64,000 nt of DNA from a phage: sequence record PZ091942.1; one strand, written 5' to 3'. Every line of letters begins with the position of its first letter. The first letter of the stretch is position 1. Below the pieces are notes generated by a model, which saw nothing but the letters and a program-made list of their open reading frames with translations, ran no database searches and had not been told where the DNA came from. The translations under genes were made by a program, and so were the position numbers. This document shows positions 18,604 through 26,568 of this stretch, in pieces.

Positions 18604-18830
18604 TTTATGTTATAGGTTGGTGGTTAGCAGCCATCGCAGTTAAGTGGTGCTTCAAAACCCATACATTCTACAACTTCTTCCATTCCTCATGGAGCGGTAA
18701 GCCTGATGAATATTCTATTTGGATGGTGATATTCTTCTGGCCTTTTATTCTGATCACTATCTTACTATTACCTTTCTTTATGTTAATAGGCTGGTTGTTG
18801 GATAAGGTGACAGCCTTTGTTACTAAGTAA
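18564..18830 (+). CDS. hypothetical membrane protein (start uncertain)
   Basis: ORF track; 2-3 predicted TM helices; no clear SD. Confidence 0.4.
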   Translation: MERSMVTAAYVLLIYVIGWWLAAIAVKWCFKTHTFYNFFHSSWSGKPDEYSIWMVIFFWPFILITILLLPFFMLIGWLLDKVTAFVTK

Positions 18831-19106
18831 TATCGTGAAGGATTCTTACGAGAGTCCTTTGAGATAGGACTTCAGATCTCCTATCAACTAACCGCTCAAT
18901 GTTGAGCATTTTAATCACATAAGCCCCTTAAGGGCTGGGTTTAATGCCGGTAAGCGTTTTACGCTATCCACTACAGCATCGGATTGTTAGGTCTTACATG
19001 CAATATTAATCAATAGGATATGGGAGGATTCGTCCCCTCCCCCTATTTATGAAAGCATTCTTCCGAGAGTTCTCTCATAAATTGGTCCATAACTAAAGGT
19101 GGTTAA

Positions 19107-19361
19107 ATGAAAGTTAACAAACCAGCAGGTAAGAGTGCAATACCTCTCAGTGCTTTGCGACTTGGGGATTGCTTCATGTACCCTAACAGTGAAGATGGTG
19201 ATTTGTACATCTTATTATCTACCGAGTTCTCCACTCGACTGTGCATCAAGGGCGCGGACGAGCACAGACTTGTAGCCTGTCTTAACACAGGCCGAGCGAC
19301 AGCGCCTCGTAAAGATGTTGCTGTTATTCCTATCAAAGCTGAAGCAACTATTAAGGAGTAA
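19107..19361 (+). CDS. small protein, GDxF-motif paralog family
   Basis: ORF track; AAAGGTGG SD; LRLGDCF motif. Confidence 0.55.
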   Translation: MKVNKPAGKSAIPLSALRLGDCFMYPNSEDGDLYILLSTEFSTRLCIKGADEHRLVACLNTGRATAPRKDVAVIPIKAEATIKE

Positions 19362-19364
19362 GCA

Positions 19365-19628
19365 ATGGCTCTGACCATTAACAAAACTCGTATTGCGGAT
19401 ATTCCTCTAATGGTGGCAGGTGTTTCTATCGGCTCTTTCTTTACTTTGAAAGAAGATAAAGAACAAACCATTTACATGAAAGTAAACAAAAGCTCTAATG
19501 GTTGTGAATACCACCGAGCTGTGTCGATGCAGAGTGGATATGTTCGTAATATGGCATCCAATATGCCAGTTGGTGTTGTGTTTGAATCGGCAACTCTGGA
19601 TTTAGTGGAGAAGATTAGTGAGACGTAA
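19365..19628 (+). CDS. hypothetical small protein
   Basis: ORF track; AAGGAG SD. Confidence 0.55.
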   Translation: MALTINKTRIADIPLMVAGVSIGSFFTLKEDKEQTIYMKVNKSSNGCEYHRAVSMQSGYVRNMASNMPVGVVFESATLDLVEKISET

Positions 19629-19875
19629 AGATCATCCGAAGTATGTATCACTACTGGATGCAGTCCTTCTCTGCACATATTGGCTCCTCATTGTCGTTGG
19701 GGCTGTGCTGATGGTATGTGGTGTCGTACAGTTCTTTATGTATCTGCAAAGCGTGTTAGATATCACATTAGCTAACACTATAATCCTTGCAACTCTCGGT
19801 ATTATTGCTTTCTGTGTGATTGTCTTCTTCGTTTGGTTATCTATGAACGACGACTCTACACACACCTTCTATTGA
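19618..19875 (+). CDS. hypothetical membrane protein
   Basis: ORF track (GTG start, GGAGAAG SD); two hydrophobic helices. Confidence 0.45.
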   Translation: MRRKDHPKYVSLLDAVLLCTYWLLIVVGAVLMVCGVVQFFMYLQSVLDITLANTIILATLGIIAFCVIVFFVWLSMNDDSTHTFY

Positions 19876-19888
19876 CAGGAGAAAATCA

Positions 19889-20005
19889 GTGAGAAAACGT
19901 GCCTACTCTGAAGAAGAAATGGTTAACTTGAAAGGCTTCGGTCAACGACAGCCTGACGGTTCAGTTATCTGGTACATTAACGGACAGAAAAAGGCAAGTA
20001 AATAA
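19889..20005 (+). CDS. hypothetical small protein (38 aa)
   Basis: GTG start 7 nt after CAGGAG SD; below track cutoff. Confidence 0.35.
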   Translation: MRKRAYSEEEMVNLKGFGQRQPDGSVIWYINGQKKASK

Positions 20006-20073
20006 GCCCTCTTCTCTCCTCCCTTTAGCTACTATGACGCCTCTCTTTTCGGCGCTGTTTTGGAGCTTCAAAA

Positions 20074-20487
20074 ATGTCTGGGAAATTCCCCAACGTAAGC
20101 AAGAAATTGGCTTACCTCACGTATAAAGAAAACATTGATCTTCTGGTCAAACTTTATCCGGCTTCATTCAACAAGCAATTCCCTCTTCCTTTGGAGCTTA
20201 ACATCCATAAGGAGATCGCCCGTAAGACCGGTTGGTCAGCGGAGAAAACAAGCATGGTGCTCAACATCTGGACTACTCGTATGGAGTATGTGATGATGGC
20301 CTGTAGCACTGGTAAACGCTTCAAGCTGCACTCTGTAGCTATGAAGATCCGTAGTCCTATTGACCCTGAGCCAATGGCTGGGTTCAGCAGCCGTCTGAAA
20401 TCTTTCCGTGATCGTGGTCGTGTAGTGAAGTTTAAGCACGACTTCTCTTATAAGTTTGGATACGAAGCGTTCCAATTCGTTGTTTAA
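20074..20487 (+). CDS. ProQ/FinO-domain-like RNA-binding protein (putative)
   Basis: ORF track; by-eye alignment to E. coli ProQ N-terminal domain (LYPASF~RFPHCF, PLPLELNIHKEI~PLKIGIFQDL, SAEKTSMVLNIWTTRMEYV~SKTQLRSALRLYTSSWRYL). Confidence 0.55.
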   Translation: MSGKFPNVSKKLAYLTYKENIDLLVKLYPASFNKQFPLPLELNIHKEIARKTGWSAEKTSMVLNIWTTRMEYVMMACSTGKRFKLHSVAMKIRSPIDPEPMAGFSSRLKSFRDRGRVVKFKHDFSYKFGYEAFQFVV

Positions 20488-20515
20488 TCTCTCTTTAATA
20501 TAAGGTAATAAAAAC

Positions 20516-20749
20516 ATGTCTAAAGTTAGCGCAATTGATGCCATCCGTCAGCCGTTCCAGTTTCAGTCCAAGTCAACTCAGACCCAAAGTGAACCGCGTC
20601 AGATTCGTCTGGGTGGTACAGAGAAGTCTGTGTTTGATATTGCGAAAAACAAAAGCGTAACCATCGTCGAAGGTGGTGAGCTGGTTAATGTTTCCCATCG
20701 TATCCGCACTGGCAAAACTGCCAAAGATCGTGCTAAGAAAGGTCTGTAA
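20516..20749 (+). CDS. hypothetical protein
   Basis: ORF track; AAGGT SD. Confidence 0.55.
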   Translation: MSKVSAIDAIRQPFQFQSKSTQTQSEPRQIRLGGTEKSVFDIAKNKSVTIVEGGELVNVSHRIRTGKTAKDRAKKGL

Positions 20750-21000
20750 TGCAAATTGCTAATAAAACCCCTCCTGAATCAATTACCCAAGTAAAGGATA
20801 TGTCACCGGGAGATGTATTTCGTGCAACGGAATATCCGGGGGATTTCTTTATTCGAATCCCCTCAGCATCTGTTGGTGGCATCGCTAAACCGGTAACAGC
20901 AGTTCAGCTAAGTACGGGTCATCTCTTCCGTTTAGAGATTGATATGGTTGTGATTCCTGTTCCAACAGCAATCCTCCGCTTCGACGGAGCCACAGAGTAA
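20749..21000 (+). CDS. small protein, GDxF-motif paralog family
   Basis: ORF track; TAATG overlap; MSPGDVFRATEYPGDFF. Confidence 0.55.
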   Translation: MQIANKTPPESITQVKDMSPGDVFRATEYPGDFFIRIPSASVGGIAKPVTAVQLSTGHLFRLEIDMVVIPVPTAILRFDGATE

Positions 21001-21002
21001 CA

Positions 21003-21140
21003 TCTATAGCCCTTGTGAGTATCAGAGGGCTATGTGAGCTATTCTGGCTCAACTAACCTAAACTTAATTTAATCTTACCCGTATGGGGCCGATGCTAGGG
21101 AGAGGAACAGTCCTCGAACATCCGTCGGATAGAATATTTT
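21003..21140 (+). repeat. conserved intergenic hairpin element, copy B
   Basis: Same TAGCCCT...AGGGCTA hairpin and downstream blocks as 15825-15960; begins 3 nt after a stop codon as copy A does. Confidence 0.6.
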
Positions 21141-21241
21141 AAGAGCAGGTTATCCACAGATATTGGGTGATATCTATTTAATTGGCCTTAAAGCTTGGCT
21201 CTCTTAGGAGAGTCCTTTTTTAAGTTCAAAGAAGAGGTTGT

Positions 21242-21409
21242 ATGGATAATAAGTTGAAAGTTAAGTTCTTATTGGCAGCAATCTTTATTTGCTTAGCCAC
21301 CGTGGGGTTTGCCCGTGTGACTTCCTTTGTATCTTGTGAATTAAGCAAGAACAACAGAGGGTCTTATAACTGGCTTACCAATCAATGTGATAAACAGGAG
21401 AAGTTATGA
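21242..21409 (+). CDS. hypothetical small secreted protein (55 aa)
   Basis: ATG with AGAAGAGG SD; signal-like N-terminus; ATGA overlap with next gene. Confidence 0.45.
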   Translation: MDNKLKVKFLLAAIFICLATVGFARVTSFVSCELSKNNRGSYNWLTNQCDKQEKL

Positions 21410-21768
21410 ACCTACGCCCCATCAAAGGCCATGTGAACCTGTCTACGCTGCATAAAGTAGCAAATGATCTGGGTGGCATGGACGAGAATGATTTGGAGCA
21501 GCAATTGCTCTGGATTGCTCATGGCATCAAGGCGGCAAAGGCCAAAATGGCTCGTGCACAAAGCAAGTTAAAGGCGAATAAATATCTTATTCGTCGTCGT
21601 AATACCTTACCTCAGGATGTGGTGAGTTTGGCTGTGGCAGGATACAATGCAGCAGAGGTAGAACTTCAGGAAGCAGAATTCGAAAAAATGCGCTTCCAAG
21701 AAAACTACCGAAACTTCCGTAGCATTGCCTACATTCGCAAATCTCTGGGCCTTCTGGTAGCAGAGTAA
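21406..21768 (+). CDS. hypothetical protein
   Basis: ORF track; AGGAG SD. Confidence 0.6.
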   Translation: MNLRPIKGHVNLSTLHKVANDLGGMDENDLEQQLLWIAHGIKAAKAKMARAQSKLKANKYLIRRRNTLPQDVVSLAVAGYNAAEVELQEAEFEKMRFQENYRNFRSIAYIRKSLGLLVAE

Positions 21769-21779
21769 AGAGGTAAAAG

Positions 21780-23000
21780 ATGTTCCCTGTAACACTTCAA
21801 AGCTGGAAAGAATCAGAAGATGTTGTAACCGTCTGGCCTCCTTGTTATGGTTTCCTTAAAGCAGGTTACTATCAGGGTGGTGATTATGATGAAGATGATG
21901 AAGACGATGATCCTGACTACTACAACACGTATGACAGCAACTACGGCTGGAATATCCGCATCAAGGTGTGGAGTAAAAATATGATGGTTCGTCAAGGCAC
22001 TGCTGAAGAGAACGTTCTTGAGAATATGTTGCCTATGTCTGAAATCAAGTATATCTGGAACTCCGGAACACATCTTCCAGCTTACGGTGTAAGACGTTAT
22101 GGTGATACTGAATATATCGCTACTCAGTATTTCCGTGAAGGGTTAGAAAATGAAGACCCTCGTCCTCCTTCTCATGTGGAAACATGGGCAGAAGAAAACA
22201 ACCGTCCTGATATCACTGATCGTGTTGTTATGGAAACCTTTGCAGCATTCATGGATAAAGATCTTGACTCATGTCTGGTGTGGCATGAAGTAGGGTTCAT
22301 GGGTGTTTGCACTGATGGCTGTCCCGCTGATCGTGCTCTGTTCTATCTGATGTTGAATCGCACATTCTATACAGATGATGAAAAATCTGCTGTGTATGAA
22401 ATGTTGAACAAGATGTATAAGAAGGGCTGGTCTCCTTTAGCCTCTCTTGCATTCAGCCGACTTATCAACTCTTCAGTGGATGTATTCGGTAACGAACGTG
22501 TTGCTTTAACAGGGAATGATTACGATTCCTGTATCTTCCAAGCATCTCTGTATACAGTGGGTGTTGGTAGTACGATGATTGAGCCTCGCCAGACCAAATG
22601 GCGACAGTGTGAATACACTGAAGGTGAAGGCCACCTGCGTGATGAAGACTTCTCCAGTCTGATCTATCGCAGTGAAGGTGTTCGTGATTGTCGAGTGAAC
22701 AACTCGATGTTCTTGCCAATCCTTTTGCCTCAATATTGCCATCTGTCAGAAGATACCCGCCCAATCATCACAGAAAAGTCACTCTTGGTTGAATTTATCC
22801 GAGAGGTGACTGAATCTGAAACATCTTTTGCTAAAATTGTGTTCGGTTATAACTGGAACAATGAAACAGCTTCAGCTCGAAGCTACAACATGTATAACAT
22901 TATCAGTAGTATGTCCAATGGACTAACAGGTAGTAATTATACAGTACGTCCCTCAGAAGAGTGGGAAAACATTTTGGAAAAATTATTCTTCAATAAATAG
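21780..23000 (+). CDS. hypothetical protein (406 aa) with acidic patch
   Basis: ORF track; AGAGG SD; DYDEDDEDDDPDYY segment. Confidence 0.7.
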   Translation: MFPVTLQSWKESEDVVTVWPPCYGFLKAGYYQGGDYDEDDEDDDPDYYNTYDSNYGWNIRIKVWSKNMMVRQGTAEENVLENMLPMSEIKYIWNSGTHLPAYGVRRYGDTEYIATQYFREGLENEDPRPPSHVETWAEENNRPDITDRVVMETFAAFMDKDLDSCLVWHEVGFMGVCTDGCPADRALFYLMLNRTFYTDDEKSAVYEMLNKMYKKGWSPLASLAFSRLINSSVDVFGNERVALTGNDYDSCIFQASLYTVGVGSTMIEPRQTKWRQCEYTEGEGHLRDEDFSSLIYRSEGVRDCRVNNSMFLPILLPQYCHLSEDTRPIITEKSLLVEFIREVTESETSFAKIVFGYNWNNETASARSYNMYNIISSMSNGLTGSNYTVRPSEEWENILEKLFFNK

Positions 23001-23008
23001 AGGCGAAT

Positions 23009-23959
23009 ATGTCAATCTCCGCATCGACTGCTCCGGTAACACCATCAGAGGATTTTGGTGAGTCAGTGTTCAGAGGGCGAGCTTGTTTTGGTACTTTCAA
23101 CTGTCAGCATATGTATTCTGTTACAGACATTAACGGCGACAGTATCAATCGCTCAAACCTTCGTGACAGAACTTCAGAAATTGGAGTTATCAACTTCTGG
23201 CCTCACAACTTTTATGGCACACCAGCTAAAGATATCGAAAGAGCTTTAGTTGAAGCAACAGACATTTTTAACTCAATGTCTTGCTATAAAAACATGTTCT
23301 CTGTCACTTCGGTGAACTCAGTTGCCGTGAACCTTCGAGACCACCCAGCAGACAAGGTGTTTACTGGATTAATGACCCTCCGGAGTTATCTGGATGGGGA
23401 TTTTATGGGAATGGAGTTCCTTCAGGAAGGCGTTCAAGACAAGGAAGAGTTACTCAAGCGACAACGAATCGGCTTAGCTTTACGCTTAGCTGGTTTAAGT
23501 CGTAACTTCTTTGGTCGTTGGGATTATTCACACGATGTGGATACTGATGATGAATCAGCAGCGACCTATTTTAATGGTGACATGAGTGCAATTGCATTCT
23601 TGCCACTAGTCTGTACCACTGATGAATTTTCTGAAAACGTATGGGTTCAGAATGTGTTCGGTATTGACGATAACAGAGATGGTTATGTACGAAACCACAA
23701 TGACGGAGTTCTCCGCAGTATGGCTCGTCGTCGTGACCAAGACCCTGACTATTACGAAAGTATGAGTGAGTGGTTACGTCTCTGGTCAATGTGTGCAGGC
23801 CACAAACGTGAAGTATTAGATCAGCGTATGGACAGAATTACTGTTCAAAGTTTTATTGAACGTCTGATGCAAGCAGTACCTTCCTCAATGACACCAGAAG
23901 AAGCTGGTGCCCGTGTTGTTTCCCTTTTTGATGAACTCGTGGAGTATTACAATGACTAA
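23009..23959 (+). CDS. hypothetical protein (316 aa)
   Basis: ORF track; AGAGG SD. Confidence 0.7.
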   Translation: MSISASTAPVTPSEDFGESVFRGRACFGTFNCQHMYSVTDINGDSINRSNLRDRTSEIGVINFWPHNFYGTPAKDIERALVEATDIFNSMSCYKNMFSVTSVNSVAVNLRDHPADKVFTGLMTLRSYLDGDFMGMEFLQEGVQDKEELLKRQRIGLALRLAGLSRNFFGRWDYSHDVDTDDESAATYFNGDMSAIAFLPLVCTTDEFSENVWVQNVFGIDDNRDGYVRNHNDGVLRSMARRRDQDPDYYESMSEWLRLWSMCAGHKREVLDQRMDRITVQSFIERLMQAVPSSMTPEEAGARVVSLFDELVEYYND

Positions 23960-24758
23960 GCGTGCTTTCCTTATTGGTTCTGACCCTGAAATGTTTGTTC
24001 GTACCGCTTCTGGTATTATCACCTCTGTGGCTGGTAAGCTGGGCTGTTCCAAAGATAACAAAATCGATCTGGCCCCTGATGTTCGTCTTCAAGAAGACAA
24101 CGTTCTGGCTGAGTTCGATATTAACCCACAGAAAGGGTTTGAAGCGTTTGATGATAACATCCAGCGTGGTATTGATCTGACCAACAAAGTTCTCCATGAA
24201 CGTGGTATGGAAGCTGCACTTGGGATTAGCTCCCATGTGTACACTTCTGAAGAGCTGGAATCATTCCACCCGTCAGCCTTCGTATTTGGCTGTACTCCTG
24301 ATTTCAACGCCTTCACTGGTCAGAAAAACCCATCTCCGGTAGCGACAGACAAAGGTCTGCGTACCGCTGGAGGTCACGTTCACCTCGGTGTTACTGGTAC
24401 ACTGGAAATTAGTCGTCAGACTCAGATGATGCTGGGTGTGCTGTGCGATTACTTCCTGTCACTTCCAGCGGTTGTGATGGACAAGGACACTCGTCGTAAA
24501 GAGCTTTACGGCAAGGCATCTGCGATTCGTTATAAAGATTACGGTATTGAATATCGTTCTCTGTCAAACTTCTGGATTGGTGAACAGTCCACTCGTAAGT
24601 TTGTTTACGATCAAGTTGATAAGGTTATTCAGGGCTGTGACATGGAAACCCTCATGTCTCTGCATTCCCGTTTGCCTATCGAAAAGCTTCACAACATCAT
24701 CAACAGCAACGATGTTAAAGAAGCGGATAAGTTCTCCTCTCAACTTCAGATTATCTAA
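23952..24758 (+). CDS. carboxylate-amine ligase-like protein (GCS2/amidoligase-like, tentative)
   Basis: Track ORF 23907..24758 trimmed to ATG 23952; motifs LIGSDPEMF and GGHVHLG resemble the GxExE / HVHxG signatures of GCS2-type ligases. Confidence 0.5.
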   Translation: MTKRAFLIGSDPEMFVRTASGIITSVAGKLGCSKDNKIDLAPDVRLQEDNVLAEFDINPQKGFEAFDDNIQRGIDLTNKVLHERGMEAALGISSHVYTSEELESFHPSAFVFGCTPDFNAFTGQKNPSPVATDKGLRTAGGHVHLGVTGTLEISRQTQMMLGVLCDYFLSLPAVVMDKDTRRKELYGKASAIRYKDYGIEYRSLSNFWIGEQSTRKFVYDQVDKVIQGCDMETLMSLHSRLPIEKLHNIINSNDVKEADKFSSQLQII

Positions 24759-24767
24759 GGTGTTATC

Positions 24768-25394
24768 GTGAGCCTGTTAAGAGATTTTCAGCATTATTAT
24801 TGCGGAACATGGATTGCCCAACGTGCAGAACGAGGGATTAATCTCCCTCTGTATGTACTCAACGTAAGCCAACCAAGCCGCTTTGGGGAAGATGACTTCT
24901 CCCACGAAGCCGAAATGGCCTTGACCTTTGAAGTTGAACGCTGGTCTAAGAACTCCGAAGGGCAGTTTGAGCGACAAGTTGTTCAGGGTATCCCTGTGTT
25001 TGATCAGAGTCTGATTCTGGAATCTCCAGATGTGGGCTATCTACAACATGGTAACAACATGGTAAGCTGGACTCATATCAACCCTGTTCGTCAGCGAGCT
25101 AAAGGTCTGATGGGGAACAAGCTGCGTGGTGCACCTCCTTCAATGGGACGTTCAATTCCGGGAGAGCTGGTGTATAACCTGTTCAACCCTGACTTTGAAG
25201 GTCTGGTTACTCGCTTCATCTACATTAACCCTGTTGATGGTAAAGTTTATTACAAAGGGGCGCTTGTAGGTCAAGTTGATCTTTCTGCTGGTTACGGCGA
25301 CAACGGTCGTCAATCTTTAAATCTTCTGGAGAAGTTCAAGCATATTTCTTCAGACCTGTCATCATATAATGTAGAGTTGGTGGAAACGTTATGA
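24768..25394 (+). CDS. hypothetical protein (208 aa)
   Basis: ORF track (GTG start, AAGGTG SD). Confidence 0.55.
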   Translation: MSLLRDFQHYYCGTWIAQRAERGINLPLYVLNVSQPSRFGEDDFSHEAEMALTFEVERWSKNSEGQFERQVVQGIPVFDQSLILESPDVGYLQHGNNMVSWTHINPVRQRAKGLMGNKLRGAPPSMGRSIPGELVYNLFNPDFEGLVTRFIYINPVDGKVYYKGALVGQVDLSAGYGDNGRQSLNLLEKFKHISSDLSSYNVELVETL

Positions 25395-26491
25395 CAACCG
25401 TAGCACAAGTTTTTGGATACCGTAATGCTCGTCTGGCTGAGCCGCACCCAAGCATCGCTTTTCAGTGTGGTATTGGCATCGAGCTGGAAGTTGAAGGAAC
25501 CTCTGAAATTGATGCAGACCTTTGGGTTTGTACTGAAGATGGTTCACTTCGTGATGGCTGTGAGATGGTTTGCGCACGGCCTTACAACGGTGTAGAATTG
25601 CTTCGTGCTATTAACAATCTGAGTGAAGCAGTACAAGACTCTGAAGCTGAAGGGACTTGGCGCTGCTCTACTCATGTTCATATGGATATGCGTGACGCTG
25701 ATAGTAACATCCTGAAGAAAGTAATTCTTGGATGGACGTTCTATGAAAAGATGATGTTCAAATGTTCTGGATACCATCGCTATCGTAGCAACTTCTGTCC
25801 TGCCTTTGCTGTTGTTCAAGCACAGGTAATGAATGCTTCCGCAGCGTTCAACCGAGATGGTGAAGCCTTCTTCAACACTCTTGTTAATAGCTGGGACAAG
25901 TACACCTCCCTTAACCTATTACCTCTGGCTCAGTTTGGTTCTGTTGAGTTTCGTATCTCAGAGCCGAAGTGGAAGAAAAGCCAACTCCTGAATCTGGTCA
26001 ACCGCTTCTTGGTTCTCAAGAAACTGGCTGTTGAATATGCAGATTTGGACAATGAAGCATACGTTGAGAAACTGAATGAGCTTCGCTTCGCTCCTATGAT
26101 TCAGTATCTACCTCTGGACTACACGCCTAATGATAATGATCTTACTGAAGGTTATCGTTTGGCTCGTGACATTCTGTTCTGTCGTGAACGTTCGGTTACT
26201 CTGGTTGGTCGTGTTCGTGTACAACAGACTGGCCCTGATGGTGAAGTCCTTATCAACTTGCGTGATATGGGTGACTTCTATGGTTTCTTGGGATATGTAC
26301 GGGGTAATGCCAACTCTGTTTACGAAGAGATCATGACATATTACACCCCTCAGATTGAAAACACTCGAATCGCAACGGTTCGTGAAATTCGTCACATGTT
26401 TACTTTGATGCGTGAATCAGGTAGCAGTGATGATAACGTCACTGGTTATATTCCAGACCATCTGGAAATGCAATTAGAACGACTGCTGTAA
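25391..26491 (+). CDS. GS/GCS2-like amidoligase
   Basis: ORF track; motifs GIGIELEVEG, EDGSLRDGCE, STHVHMD, GSVEFR typical of glutamine-synthetase-fold carboxylate-amine ligases. Confidence 0.6.
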   Translation: MTTVAQVFGYRNARLAEPHPSIAFQCGIGIELEVEGTSEIDADLWVCTEDGSLRDGCEMVCARPYNGVELLRAINNLSEAVQDSEAEGTWRCSTHVHMDMRDADSNILKKVILGWTFYEKMMFKCSGYHRYRSNFCPAFAVVQAQVMNASAAFNRDGEAFFNTLVNSWDKYTSLNLLPLAQFGSVEFRISEPKWKKSQLLNLVNRFLVLKKLAVEYADLDNEAYVEKLNELRFAPMIQYLPLDYTPNDNDLTEGYRLARDILFCRERSVTLVGRVRVQQTGPDGEVLINLRDMGDFYGFLGYVRGNANSVYEEIMTYYTPQIENTRIATVREIRHMFTLMRESGSSDDNVTGYIPDHLEMQLERLL

Positions 26492-26568
26492 CACAATGGG
26501 CGCTCTGATAAAGGGCGCATTTAAAGGTTAATTAGATGAAAGGGTTTACCCTTCAGGTGGATTAGAAA

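Noticed and set aside
19103-19678. Minus-strand ORFs 19103..19471 and 19472..19678
   Set aside because: Antisense to plus-strand genes 19107 and 19365, which have strong SD sites.
21148-21156. Perfect DnaA-box-like 9-mer TTATCCACA
   Set aside because: Single isolated occurrence inside repeat element B; one hit of a 9-mer is expected by chance.
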